Assembly: GCA_002269645.1 (NCBI GenBank)
Contig: NIVC01000181.1
Location: 124,001 to 188,000 of the forward strand
Source: Macrostomum lignano
Taxonomy: Eukaryota
Direction of reading: 5' to 3'
DNA: 64,000 bases
A program made the position numbers and the translations under genes. Within the stretch, counting starts at the first letter, position 1, and each line of letters opens with the position of its first letter. Positions 49,701 to 62,652 of the stretch are shown here, piece by piece. A model generated the notes under the pieces. It saw only the letters and a program-made list of their open reading frames with translations, ran no database searches and was not told the DNA's origin.

Positions 49701-52700
49701 GCCTACCAATCGCAGTTCCTCAAGCACCGGCACAACATATTCGAAATTGCCGCCTACAATCGAACAGTTTCGGCCGGCGGGAAAGCTCAGTGCGCCCCGC
49801 CGGACAGGGGACAAACCGGCGACAAGTCCGAGGACACCAGCTTGAGCCGCTCCGACGACTCAAAGCTTGTGCGGTTCAAGGGCCAGATGATCTACATGCC
49901 GACTTGGGACCGGCTGCTTTACATCTGCTCGCCTAGGTTGGCTGATAGTGTACTTTTATGCTGACTTTGTTGGATCTCGGATTGAGATTCCAGTCGTAGG
50001 ATTCAGATTCCAGTCGTAGGATTGAGATTTCAGTCGTAGGATTAAGATTCCAGTCGTAGGGTTGAGATTCCAGTTGTACGATTGAGATTCCAGTAGTAGT
50101 ATTGAGATTCCAGTCGTAGGGTTGAGATTCCAGTCGTAGGATTAAGATTCCAATCGTAGGATTAAGATTCCAGTCGTAAGATATAGATTCCAGTAGTTTG
50201 ATTGAGCTTCCAGTCGTAGGTTTGAAATTCCAGTCGTAGGTTTGAAATTCCAGTCGTAGGTTTGAGATTCCAGTCGTAGGTTTGAGATTCCAGTCGTAGG
50301 TTTGAGATTCCGGTCGTAGGTTTGAGATTCCAGTCGTAGGTTTGAGATTCCAGTCGTAGGTTTGAGATTCCAGTCGTAGGTTTGAGATTCCAGTCGTAGG
50401 TTTGAAATTCCAGTCGTAGGTTTGAAATTCCAGTGGTAGAATTCAGATTATAAAATCTTAAGAGCCTCCAAAACGAGTTGAGGAAGCCTAGTGTTGAGTC
50501 CTGTTTGTACTCGCAAGTTTTCTGTTTAATTTTCAGGCTGAAGAACACGCACGAAATGGCCCTTAAAAACATCTACCTGAACGACTTGAGTCTTCACGAT
50601 TGCAGCCGGGATTTGACTCTGGCAGGGGATCAGCAATCTGAGGAACTGTTTGAGCTGCTGAGACAGGTGAATAAAAATGGATTGGGCGTTGGTTGAGGTC
50701 ACAGATACTAGAATAGCTAGATGGGCCACTCAGGCACATATACTTAGTAAAACAGCTTTCTACTTTCAGTTCAGTAGCAAAGAAGAATACATAAGCTTGT
50801 TTTATAAAAATAAAGGCAACTGAAATGAATTTGATAAGTTTAGAAGCCCAAGCTAGCAGGCGTAAACAGCTTGCTAATTGGTTCAGCAATAATGTACATT
50901 AGCCAGTCCACTGAAATGTACAAGGCAGATTTAGGGTGGAAGTCCGAGAAAGGCAATAAAAATTGGGGCGGGGTGGGATAGTGTGGAAAGGCGCGGTCGG
51001 GGGGGGGGGGTTTAAGCTGGGGGTAAGAGCCAATAAATGAGCCTTGGCTTTAAAAGTACAATAAAATATTTTTGTTTAACTGACTACTGAACTGAAAGTA
51101 GCTTACACACAGATGTGCTGAGTGGCCCAACTAGTTATTCTAGTATCTGTGGTTTAGTTCGGTTAAAGTCAAAACTGGGGAGTCAGAAAATGTAGAAAAA
51201 AATTTGTTGTTTCAATTGGTAATTTTTTATACAATTTTTTATATTTCCGTTAAGTGGTCTCAAAAAAACATTTTTAAAGCACAAAATACACCTCTTAATA
51301 AATTTCCTACCCATTTGTTAATCTTTACTTTTACGGAACTGTACGGACGCAGAATCAGAAACTAAATAAAGTATTATAAAAATAAATGTTTTATACAAAC
51401 CCGTAAAAGTAGTTTTTATTTGAAAAAAATTAGGTAAATATTGCAATAGATATTTTTTAAATAAATATTAGGCTGGATTTTGTTAAACTGCTTACTTTGT
51501 TTACGTCGCGCCTGTTTGTGTTCTGAAATACTCTCGTTAATTTAGTTATCAGTTTCATGTTAATAAGTACTTTATTTATTATTGATGTTTGGCCTGGTTC
51601 TTTTTACGGATGTGAAATATCAGCAAACTTTTTTGGATTGAATTAAATATGAGATTTAGATATTGATTACTGACTTCTGTATTTCAAGCATTGCAAACGT
51701 CTAGCATCAATTTTCTGCTTATCTATCTAATTCATGAACAATAATCGATCGAGGATTCTAGATATATGCTTTATTTTATAAGCCACGGCTTATGAATAGG
51801 CAAATGACTCATGAGACTGAGGTTTAAATAATTTTACTGAATAGAATGACAAATAAAGGTGTCTATCAAGTTTTTTTATAAAATAGCTTTATCCACCCAC
51901 GCTCTTGTTTAACTATATTTTTGTTCTGAGGCATAATTTGTAGTCTAGTTCAGATTGCTATTTATATTTAACTGTCCGTGTCTTAGGCCTATTTTATTTT
52001 TTGCTAATGACGTAGTAATAAAAAATATAATGTAAATATAAATTTTTGTACAGCTTTACAGCTTAGAATTACTTCGAAACTGATATATGCTTTTTTACAA
52101 AAGCCATTAGGCCTTAGCTAAGTGATAATCTACCTTATGATTACTGATAATGATACTGTTTATTATAGCCATCACTATGCACTTTTAAGTATATATATAA
52201 TTTAAATTGCTAAATAATTAACAAGTAGCAAGTAAAACAGGTAATAACTTTTTTTAAACTTTAACTTTATAGTTTCATATAATTTGCAATGTAAAAAGCT
52301 ATATAAAATGTGACTTGCACTATTCTTTAAAATGTATAATTGCAATATGTTTTCATTTGCATTATTTGTTACATTTATTTCATTTAAAACTCACATTATG
52401 AGCTTTAAGAACTTAGAACATGTTAAAAGTTAAAAATGCAAAACCTGATATATTTGCTTTTTAAAAAATTAGAAAATAGCAATATTTTATTATATATTTT
52501 ATTGTTTACAAACTGGCTTTAAATGCCTAGCAGGAGTGTTTCCTTTTATACTATTGTATATTTAATATACCAATAAATTCTTAACTTGCTTTAGTAGAAG
52601 TTTTTTAGACTTAAATGTAAGTAAAATATGTTAAATGTTTTTCACTTTAATTCATGCCATGCCAGGACTTCTTTGGGAGATCTTCTCAGCTGCATTTTAT

Positions 52701-55700
52701 GATATGCCTTTCATTCTGAGCTCTAAACCTGAGGCCTTACTTAAACAATGAAACTGGTGGACTTGCTATATGTTACCTTTACATTTGGTTGAGTGAGTCT
52801 AGTGCTTTCTCCATGAACCAACCTGATCTGTCTGAGCAACCTGTTGCAATGTTGGCGACTCCTGCACCTAGCAGGCCACTTCTGCCCACAACTGGTTCAG
52901 GTGCTGCGCTGCTACTTTTGGATTCTGGCACCCAAGATTCTGGTGGCTATGTGGCCTACATTTTCTCTCAGACCACAAGACACACCTTTTTAGAACCTTA
53001 TGTTTTATAGTGTGTTTTATTGTATGGGCCTAGTGGCTATACCAAAAATCTTGTTTTGCATTTAAGTTAATAAAACTTCTGCTTCAGGAATTTATTACTT
53101 GTGCCTAAAAATTCTAAAACCTATTTCTGTTGCCTGTTCATCTTTTTCACTAAATCAAGAGGCATTAAGAGCTTCATTTAGAGCTCTGTGAGATTCACAT
53201 TTGTATTGAAACTGTTTGGATAGGATCATAACCATGCCCCCCACCCAGATATCTTTTTTACCCTTCTTGAGGTAGCCATATTGATTTTCTGTTCTGGTCT
53301 GTGCAGACTGCTCTATACGTCCATGGCCATAGATTAAAATATTTGAGCTGATGCTGCTTTATTAATAAAACTTTTTATTATCCGATCAATGTGTTTGGGA
53401 AGTCGTGTTTTAAATCGTAGGCTCGTTTACTCGTATATTTGTTGAAATTAAGCAAGAGCTCGTCAATCGTTTCGCGCTTGTTCCTGCAGTCTATCAATTG
53501 TGGGTCTGTAAGCCAAGCATATACCCATAAACTAATACGTGGCTGCTGGCAGCCACACATCACAGGTACATAGCTGGTTGAGCTTAAAAAGCACTTATTA
53601 GTTATATAAGGAGTATGCTATAGTAAAAATAAAAGCATCCTAGCTTTCAAAGCTAGAACATTACAACGCTACCACGCTGAAGAGGGCTCGTACTCTCATG
53701 CCAGAGCGAACGCAGAAAAGTCGATACAAAAGAGGCCAAATTGCAACGTAAAAGTGAAAATAAGGAAGCACATACTGCGCGTGTTCTCAAACTCTGCTCG
53801 AGCAGCTCAGATTGGCCCTGCTGAAACTGAAGTGCAGCATACTGCCAGACTGTGCTCAAAATCTGCTTGTGTCGAACAAAGCTGAGTGACAGAGTCCAAC
53901 TTGCAGCGATGCGCCAGACTGGATTCTGATCGACTACCCGCCGAACATAAGAGGTGGGGTTCTCTACAATGGTTGTCAATTATGTTGACACAAGTTGTTG
54001 CTGCGTGTAGCGATTTGTAGCGATTTTTATTTTCATTCCGTTTCCAAACAGCTGAAAGGTACATCTGTGGAGATGAACATTTTATTATTAGAGAGATAAT
54101 GAGTGAACACTTTGTCTGTATTTTTTGCTGTCTTCTTTCTATTCCAATAGGATTCTAGCACCATGCAGATTTCAAGATATTAAATTATGAGTTCCAAGTT
54201 ATTTAAGCATGATTACATAGTCTGTTACAATGCTATAACCTTCATGATGCCCCAAAATTATTGATCCTAGGTAAATCTGATGTCAGTTAAGCAGACCAAT
54301 GAATTTAAAGTAAATTTAAAGTCAATCAGACCTGATTATTTGGTGTTAGTAAGTGAAATCTGATTAATCTGGTGATCTTAGACTAGAATTGCTAGTCATA
54401 AAAAATTTTAAGTGATGGTCAATAAAAAGATGTTTAAAGTAATTTTTACAAAATTTACCTCAAATTATTCAGTATGAAATAAGCAGAATAACTATCATTT
54501 AAAATAAATAAAGCCTAATTCATTACAAAATATACATTAAATGGCAATAAAATTATATTAGGTTGTCCCTGCTGCAAAGCCAAAAAAATGCTTCTTTATA
54601 GGGTTCTTTGCAGTGCCTTGAGGAAATATCTAAGCTTTTCATTGTACATGCTCCACACAGTGGGCTTCCGGAGAAAAAAATCATGACAAAAACTAACATT
54701 TATGGCATTTAAGAGCCAACAAAGAGTACCATTTAGTAAAGAAAAAAAATGCTTCAAGCTTGATAGGTGTGTAATAACATATTTCAATTCTAAAAGCTGG
54801 CAATTATTCATTTTGATGCAACAGACTACTGGAGAAAATCACTTTGTGCTCTCTAACTATTAAAAAGTATTTTTATATTGTTATAGAATGGTTATACAAT
54901 AAGTAATATATTAGGCTTTTTCAATAAAAAGCATCGATTTTATGCTAAATTATTTTCTAAAATGTAAAAGTGAATAATCCAATTGGATACATCAATTTAG
55001 ATTAGTTTTTAACATATTCTCATATGAGCATATAGGTGGGATGTCATAATCAATGTTTACTACCAAAACGAAGAATATTCGAACTACAGTAAGGTTTATA
55101 CAAATAAAGCATTACTCATGCATGCATTTAATGCAAATTAACTTAAAACTTTCACCAACTACATTAATTCATACATTTTTAGCCCTTATTTGTAAATTAT
55201 ATAGAATTTTTTTCACACGTGTTCAACGTGGTTGAATTTCCGCCAAAAAAATTATCGCTGAAAAGGACATATTTTGTCTTTTAGAGGAGCGAAAAAGACT
55301 AATTTTACTTAGATTATAGTAAAATTATTTATAATTCACAGTTTAATGCAAGATTTAACCGGCCATACTCATTAGAAAACAGATACAATTTGGTATTACA
55401 AAGTTTGAATGGTGTAAACTCGCGATGCCCTCGTTTTGACTTTGCCCCAGTTATGGATGATTTATTAAATTTGAATTCCCGAATTCCTGTCTCCAGCAAC
55501 AAGAGCGGACCCGTCAGATGGAGCTGAGCATGCGGAAGCTGGACCGAGAGAGGAAGCGGGCGGACAGCCTTCTGTTTGAATGCCTGCCGAAGTCCGTGGC
55601 CAGGAAACTGCGGAAAGGACTCGATCCCATGACTACGATTAAGGTGCATTGCGCAGCCTGCTCAAAGCTCCCGTCTTCGAAACCACACGGACCTCAATGT

Positions 55701-58700
55701 TCCACTCACGTTAAATCAGCACTCGTAGGGGGGGGGGGGGTGCGGGCTTGACTTACTTGACTCAGCTGCAGGGGGCTCCGTGCATCCGGATGCAGCGAGA
55801 AGGCGTTGCCGCCCATTTCGCTAGCCCCTGGCGACCACGGGCAGCTGCGGTGTCGCGTAGGGAGATCCGGTGGTGCCGGTGTCCGCAGCGCGGTCCCCCT
55901 CCGGAGAGTCCAGGAGGTGGATTGTCGCTCGCCCGGTGGCCCTTAGGTAGTGGACGAGCTGGCAGAGATTCCCGGGCCTGAAAACGTCGGAGAGGTCCGG
56001 GTTGGTGCCGAGGTAGGTGAGCCTGTCTTGAGTAGGCGGGGCATTCACAGATAGTGTTCCGCATTCTCGACACCGGAGAGGCAGAAAGGGGATGCCTCAC
56101 TGCGGATTTTCCCCGGAGGTGGCGATGCCTGGCAAAACAGCCGTGACCCGAGAGGGCCATGGTCACCGCCCTGATGTCCCTGCGGTTGAGTCTAAGCAGG
56201 GCTCTGCGAGGTCAAAAATTTTGCGATAATTGCACCTGCAGAGCCTTGAAGACGATGACATGCAAATCTTTGGTTCTATCCGATCTGTCTCAATTAAATG
56301 CCCTCTCATACCTGAATCTTAAAAGTCTGATAAAATTATTTATCTAACTTCACAGAATGTGACGCTCTAATTACGGCAGGCACGAGAATGTCACAGACAA
56401 AAAGACACCGCCACATTTTTATGATGTTGATCTGACAGGTAGATTAATTGCCTTTGCAATGAAAAGTTCAGATCTCCTCAGACTTCAGTACTCTGTGGCA
56501 CTAGGCATATGTAGGTTCTCCCACCGAGACTTGATCCTTTGAGATTCTCCCATTGAGCCTTAATCCTCTGAGATTCTCCCATTGAGACTTGATCCTCTGA
56601 GATTCTCCCACCGAGATTTTATCCTTTGAGATTCTCCCACCGAGACTTGATCCTCTGAGATTCTCCCACCGAGATTTGATCCTTTGAGATTCTCCCATTG
56701 AGAATTGATCCTCTGAGATTCTCCCATTGAGACTTGATCCTCTGAGATTCTCCCATTGAGACTTGATCCTTTGAGATTCTCCCATTGAGACTTGATCCTC
56801 TGATATTCTCCCACCGAGACTTGATCCTTTGAGATTCTCCCATTGAGACTTGATCCTCTGAGATTCTCCCACCGAGATTTGATCCTTTGAGATTCTCCCA
56901 TTGAGAATTGATCCTCTGAGATTCTCCCATTGAGACTTGATCCTTTGAGATTCTCCCACCGAGACTTGATCCTCTGATATTCTCCCACCGAGATTTGATC
57001 CTTTGAGATTCTCCCATTGAGACTTGATCCTCTGATATTCTCCCATTGAGAATTGATCCTCTGAGATTCTCCCATTGAGACTTGATCCTCTGATATTCTC
57101 CCATTGAGACTTGATCCTCTGAGATTCTCCCATTGAAACTTGATCCTCTGAGATTCTCCCATTGAGACTTGATCCTCTGAGATTCTCCCATTGAGACTTG
57201 ATCCTTTGAGATTTTCCCATTGAGACTTGATCCTTTGAGATTCTCCCATTGAGACTTGATCCTCTGATATTCTCCCATTGAGACTTGATCCTCTGAGATT
57301 CTCCCATTGAGACTTGATCCTCTGAGATTCTCCCATTGAAACTTGATCCTCTGAGATTCTCCCATTGAGACTTGATCCTCTGAGATTCTCCCATTGAGAC
57401 TTGATCCTTTGAGATTTTCCCATTGAGACTTGATCCTTTGAGATTCTCCCATTGAGACTTGATCCTCTGATATTCTCCCATTGAGACTTGATCCTCTGAG
57501 ATTCTCCCATTGAGACTTGATCCTCTGAGATTCTCCCATTGAGACTTGATCCTCTGAGATTCACCACCAAGATTTGATCCCTGAAAATCTTCATAAAATC
57601 TGCTACAATCAACACCTGATCCATTATTCGAGCTAAACTTTAAATAAACAATTCTTTTCAGACGCACGAAAGCGTGAGCATCTGCTTCAGCAAAGTGGTC
57701 GACTTCCAGGAGATCTGCCGCCAGCTATCTGTGACCGACATTGTCAATCTGCTCAACACCATGTACACCAGGTTCGACATGCGACTCGAGAAGCACCAGG
57801 TGTACAAGGTAAGACTTCTTAATTTAGTATCCGAATGACGAAAACTGGACCGCATCATTGTGTCTCTGAATTAAGAAAACTGGACCGCATCATTGTGTCT
57901 CTGAATTAAGAAAACTGGACCGCATCATTGTGTCTCTGAATTAAGAAAACTGGACCGCATCATTGTGTCTCTGAATTAAGAAAACTGGACCGCATCATTG
58001 TGTCTCTGAATTAAGAAAACTGGACCGCATCATTGTGTCTCTGAATTAAGAAAACTGGACCGCATCATTGTGTCTCTGAATTAAGAAAACTGGACCGCAT
58101 CATTGTGTCTCTGAATTAAGAAAACTGGACCGCATCATTGTGTCTCTGAATCATGAAAACTGGACCGCATCATTGTGTCTCTGAATCATGAAAACTGGAC
58201 CGCATCATTGTGTCTCTGAATTAAGAAAACTGGACCGCATCATTGTGTCTCTGAATTAAGAAAACTGGACCGCATCATTGTGTCTCTGAATTAAGAAAAC
58301 TGGACCGCATCATTGTGTCTCTGAATTAAGAAAACTGGACCGCATCATTGTGTCTCTGAATCATGAAAACTGGACTTCATCATTGCATCCCCATCGCAAA
58401 CTCAACAGGTGGAAACCATCGGTGACTCGTACATGCTGATGTCGGGCGCGCCGCGGGCCACGCCTTACCACGCGGCGCACATCGCCGAGATGGCTCTGGA
58501 CATGCTGGCCGAGGCGCACCGGATTGTTCGGCCGTCCGGCGACTCCTCGCCGACCGGAGCGGCCGATACGGCCGCGGTCGAGCCGCTGCGCATTCAGGTG
58601 GGCTGTCACTCCGGCAGCATTGTGGCTGGCGTGGTCGGCCTGATGACGCCCCGTTACTGCCTGTTCGGCGACACGGTCAACGTGGCCTCCAGAATGATGA

Positions 58701-60699
58701 CCTGCGGCCGGCCGGACTCCGTGCACATCAGCGCCAGCTTCCAACGCTGCATCGACGACTTCCCGTACGAGGTTGAACAGAGGGAGCCGGTACACGTGAA
58801 GGGCAAGGGTCGTATGGTTACCTATTACCTGCTGGGCAGGTCCGGCAAGGTGAGCACGACTGTCTATAAAGGAATTAACTGAGTGACAGATGGATTAGCT
58901 GAGTGACAGATAGATTAACTGAGTGACAGATGGATTAGCTGATTGACAGATGGATTAGCTGAGTGACATATGGATTAGCTGAGTGACAGATAGATTAGCT
59001 GAGTGACAGATAGATTAGCTGAGTGACAGATGGATTAGCTGAGTGACAGATGGATTAGCTGAGTGACAGATGGATTAGCTGAGTGACAGATGGATTAGCT
59101 GAGTGACAGATAGATTAGCTGAGTGACAGATGGATTAGCTGAGTGACAGATAGATTAAGTGAGTGACAGATGGATTAGCTGAGTGACAGATGGATTAGCT
59201 GAGTGACATATGGATTAGCTGAGTGACATATGGATTAGCTGAGTGACAGATGGATTAGCTGAGTGACAGATGGATTAGCTGAGTGACGGATGGATTAGCT
59301 GAGTGACGGATGGATTAGCTGAGTGACAGATGGATTAGCTGAGTGACCCCAAGGACGAACGCGCACTCCACCTTCAGTCGAACCTGGAGTACCAGCAGCT
59401 GACGGAGTGGCTGGATATCGACCGCAACAAGCTGGACGAGAGCTCGGACGAGAACACGGACAACACGACCACGGCCTCGGCCAGTCAGACTCTGCAGCGA
59501 ATTTGCCGAGAGGTGGCCGCCGCGGGCGATTCGGACAGCGACTCGGACGCGGAGGCGGCCACGCTCAGCTGCAGTGGCCGAACGGGCAGCCGGTGCCGCC
59601 ACCTGCTGCGGCCGCCGGTCAGCGACATCCGGGGACCTCGCCGACTGTGCCGCCGACATCGCCGGAGCAGGAGCTTTCAGACTGGCGACGTCGGCGGCAG
59701 GGCCTCCTCCGTGTCGATTTCCATTCCAGGAGTCCTAGACGATTCGTCGTCCTCGTCAGCCGAGGACGTCAGCCGGTGCCAGTCCGAAGGCGGTGGCATC
59801 GGAGGCGGCAGCAGCGGCACCCTGACGGAGATCAAAAGCATCTGCAGCGACGAGCAGAACCCAGACTTTGCTGATGAAGCCGAAGCAGCTGTGGCGGAAG
59901 AGGCTGCGGCAAGTGGTGGTGCAAAGCAAGTGAAGTTTCATCTTTCATCGACGCTGCCGCCGCCTCCTCAGCCTCCATCATCGGCAACGACACCGTCATC
60001 TTCTTTGCTGTTGATGTCGCGCAGTTTTCCGCGCCGACTGCGCCGAGCGGAAGCGGCCAGACCGCTGCTTGTGCAGCCGGAAGCGCCGCCTCAGGCCGCC
60101 GCCGCAGCCGTGGACATGCGCTACCGCAGCTTCCCGTGGGAGCTCAGAGCCGTGGGTGAGTGGGAAATGCTGTTTGATAAAGCTCAGCTTCCTTATTCTA
60201 CTGAATCTTATAGAGAACGCAAGGGAGGGCTCAATACTCGTTTGCAGTTGGAGACGAGTAAAAAGACTGCAAGGGTGAGAGGGAGTAGGGAAGGGTGAGA
60301 GGGAGCTTGGGGAAGAGTGGGAGGGAGACGGGAAGAGTGAGAGGGAGAGGGGAAGAGTGAGAAGGAGTGAGGCTGGATTAGCGAAGGAGAAGGGGCAGCT
60401 TAGCTAGTAAAAATGAGATAGACAGTTTGAGACGGAGATAAAGACATCGAGAGCACAGTAGTAAACTTGAAAAGTTCATCCTACTCATTGACTATCGCAG
60501 ATAGACTATTTCTATAGTAAAAGCTGCAACAACCTCACTCCCCACTGCAGCCAAGGCCCTGTCTCTGGGCGTAGCCGAGGTGGCCCTGCGCCGGCCCCGC
60601 GATCCAATTGAGTACCTGGCCCTGTGGCTGCGAGACTACCTGGCCAGGAACGGACTGGAAGGCTATGGCAACGGCGCTACAGAGGGAAATCAAAATTAA
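46713..60699 (+). CDS. Atypical soluble guanylate cyclase (H-NOX, HNOBA/PAS, coiled coil, cyclase) with C-terminal Dpy-30 motif, 933 aa; exons 46713-47094, 48576-48982, 49716-49936, 50537-50666, 55497-55643, 57662-57808, 58409-58849, 59378-60155, 60551-60699
   Basis: [13 protein letters not shown]; LGRH-like [24 protein letters not shown]; FKGQMIY; [13 protein letters not shown]; [13 protein letters not shown]; VYK|VETIGDSYM; [18 protein letters not shown]; VKGKGRM. All junctions are GT-AG and phase-consistent (2802 nt = 934 codons). Resembles the Drosophila Gyc-88E/89D class (from memory). A possible in-frame N-extension starts at 46512. Confidence 0.92.
47125..48385. repeat. Intronic composite minisatellite (22/24-bp units) with ~241-bp higher-order repeat
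   Basis: CTGTGTCTCACCTGTTCTCTCT / CTGTGTCTCACCTGGCGCTTATTT; identical variant blocks recur at 47551, 47792, 48033. Confidence 0.95.
49025..49590. repeat. Intronic minisatellite, 24-bp unit (TCTCACCCAGTCTCACATCTGGAA)
   Basis: sGC intron 2. Confidence 0.96.
49975..50445. repeat. Intronic minisatellite, 20-bp unit (GAGATTCCAGTCGTAGGWTT)
   Basis: sGC intron 3. Confidence 0.96.
50700..51151. mobile_element. MITE family copy 2 (same family as 35641-36089)
   Basis: Colinear with copy 1; same TIRs; GT dinucleotide on both flanks. Confidence 0.85.
55660..56215 (-). mobile_element. 5'-truncated, frameshifted non-LTR retrotransposon 3' end (I/LOA/R1-like ORF2 C-terminus)
   Basis: Across frames: [27 protein letters not shown]...[19 protein letters not shown]...DRLTYLG...[11 protein letters not shown], i.e. 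the CCHC knuckle region of LINE ORF2. Boundaries approximate. Confidence 0.75.
56515..57565. repeat. Intronic minisatellite, 29-bp unit (GAGATTCTCCCATTGAGACTTGATCCTCT)
   Basis: About 36 copies, sGC intron 5; the 29-aa periodicity of spurious ORFs confirms the unit. Confidence 0.97.
57838..58375. repeat. Intronic minisatellite, 35-bp unit (GAAAACTGGACCGCATCATTGTGTCTCTGAATTAA)
   Basis: About 15 near-identical head-to-tail copies filling almost the whole of sGC intron 6. Confidence 0.98.
58878..59347. repeat. Intronic minisatellite, 20-bp unit (GAGTGACAGATGGATTAGCT)
   Basis: About 23 copies filling almost the whole of sGC intron 7. Confidence 0.98.
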
Positions 60700-60827
60700 C
60701 AGTCGCTTTTTGTGTTAATAACGTTAATGATTGATTTAGAACGGGAAGTCCTGATGAATTAGGTAGACAGTGAGGTAACTTTCATTTCCTCGATCATCAA
60801 ATATCATAGAACTAAAAAAATACAAGT

Positions 60828-61560
60828 TTATAAGCTCTGAAATTCTACAAGCTCTGAAATTCTACAAGCTCTGAAATTCCACAAGCTCTGAAATTCTACA
60901 AGCTCTGAAATTCTGCAAGCTCTGAAATTCTGCAAGCTCTGAAATTCTACAAGCTCTGAAATTCCACAAGCTCTGAAATTCTACAAGCTCTGAAATTCTG
61001 CAAGCTCTGAAATTCTACAAGCTCTGAAATTCTACAAGCTCTGAAATTCTAAAAGCTCTGAAATTCTACAAGCTCTGAAATTCTACAAGCTCTGAAATTC
61101 CACAAGCTCTGAAATTCCACAAGCTCTGAAATTCTAAAAGCTCTGAAATTCTACAAGCTCTGAAATTCTACAAGCTCTGAAATTCCACAAGCTCTGAAAT
61201 TCCACAAGCTCTGAAATTCCACAAACTAGTAATTCAATAAGCTCTGAAATTCCACAAACTAGTAATTCAATAAGCTCTGGAATTCCACAAACTAGTAATT
61301 CAATAAGCTCTGAAATTCCACAAACTAGTAATTCCACAAGCTCTGAAATTCCACAAGCTCTGAAATTCTAAAAGCTCTGAAATTCTACAAGCTCTGAAAT
61401 TCTACAAGCTCTGAAATTCCACAAGCTCTGAAATTCCACAAACTAGTAATTCAATAAGCTCTGAAATTCCAAAAACTAGTAATTCAATAAGCTCTGGAAT
61501 TCCACAAACTAGTAATTCAACAAGCTCTGAAATTCCACAAACGAGTAATTTAACAATCTC
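60828..61560. repeat. Minisatellite, 17-bp unit (CAAGCTCTGAAATTCTA) with 33-bp variant
   Basis: Downstream of the sGC stop. Confidence 0.95.
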
Positions 61561-61634
61561 GAAACCCACAAGCTTTAAACGTACATTATCCTAAACAAAT
61601 ATTTTAAACTTAAAGCCAGTTTGTCATCAGCTAG

Positions 61635-61697
61635 CTGAAAGGGAATCGAACTCGGGCGGCTGGTCCGCCCAAGGCTTGACTTCACCCATTAGCTACT
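61635..61697 (-). mobile_element. tRNA-derived SINE-like head
   Basis: Minus strand TAGCTAATGGGTGAAG (A-box-like) ... GAGTTCGATTCCC (B-box-like); no full cloverleaf. Confidence 0.35.
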
Positions 61698-62180
61698 CTG
61701 CACACAACTCCTACTTCTACTCTGTGCTCTTGCGTGGCGTCATTTCTTTGCCCGCCATGCAAGCGTTTCGCGCAACACTCTACACTTTCTACTTATCAGT
61801 AGATGAACTCTGATACACTAATAAAATTAAACTCGCTTATGATACGGTGTGAACAAGATTTATAGTTAATGCATAAATTCCATTATCAACCAGCTTTGTA
61901 CTCGTATTTTAGTAACTGTATTTACAAAAATACTAAATAGTCTTGCTTAAATTCCAAGACCTTTGAACTGCATATTGCACTACTGTGAGTAAGCAGAATA
62001 GAGGAGAATTACCTCAAGCAAAAAAGCAAAAGTTAAAAAGGTGAGATTTTTTCAAAAGCATCAAAAGCATTAACAAAAATATTTCAAAATCGCAAAAGGA
62101 TACTTACAAAACCTATTCTGGAGCATATGGAATGTCTTTATTTTTTTGTCATCAGAATAAAACGCATGTCTCGGATCATA

Positions 62181-62648
62181 CATGCGCAACCTTGGGAATC
62201 ACTCGGCCGTTTCTATTGGCAATACACACATGTAAGTCGCTATTGGCTGAGAGCAGTCACGTGACTACTATTCCGTCCAATAGCGACTTACATGTGTGTG
62301 TTGCCAATAGAAACGGCCGGGTGAATCCCTAGGTTGCGCCCAAGCATGTCTCGGATGACCTTGAGAAATTTTACTTCAGAGGGAAATTTTATTAATAAAT
62401 GTTCGTTTTAGGGTTTAACAGTAAGAGTTATCCTTCAAACGGGTGGCCTTGAGGAATCCATCATTAAGCGCTTAGTATCATGCTTAGGCGCAACCTAGGG
62501 ATTCACCCGGCCGTTTCTATTGGCAACACACACATGTAAGTCGCTATTGGACGGAATAGTAATCACGTGACTGCTCTCAGCCAATAGCGAATTACATGTG
62601 TGTGTGTTGTCAATAGAAACGGCCGAGTGATTCCCATGGTTGCGCATG
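62181..62648. mobile_element. Foldback/MITE-like element whose ~165-bp inverted arms are each self-palindromic; TA flanks
   Basis: Arm 1 (~62181-62345) and arm 2 (~62480-62648) are reverse complements; each folds into a ~70-bp hairpin centred on (G/A)TCACGTGAC. Confidence 0.8.
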
Positions 62649-62652
62649 TATA

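Noticed and set aside
56501-57667. 306-388-aa minus-strand ORFs in all three frames
   Set aside because: Artefact of a stop-free 29-bp tandem unit.
57838-58375. 35-bp near-identical repeats resembling a CRISPR array
   Set aside because: Head-to-tail with no unique spacers, no cas genes, and located inside a spliceosomal intron.
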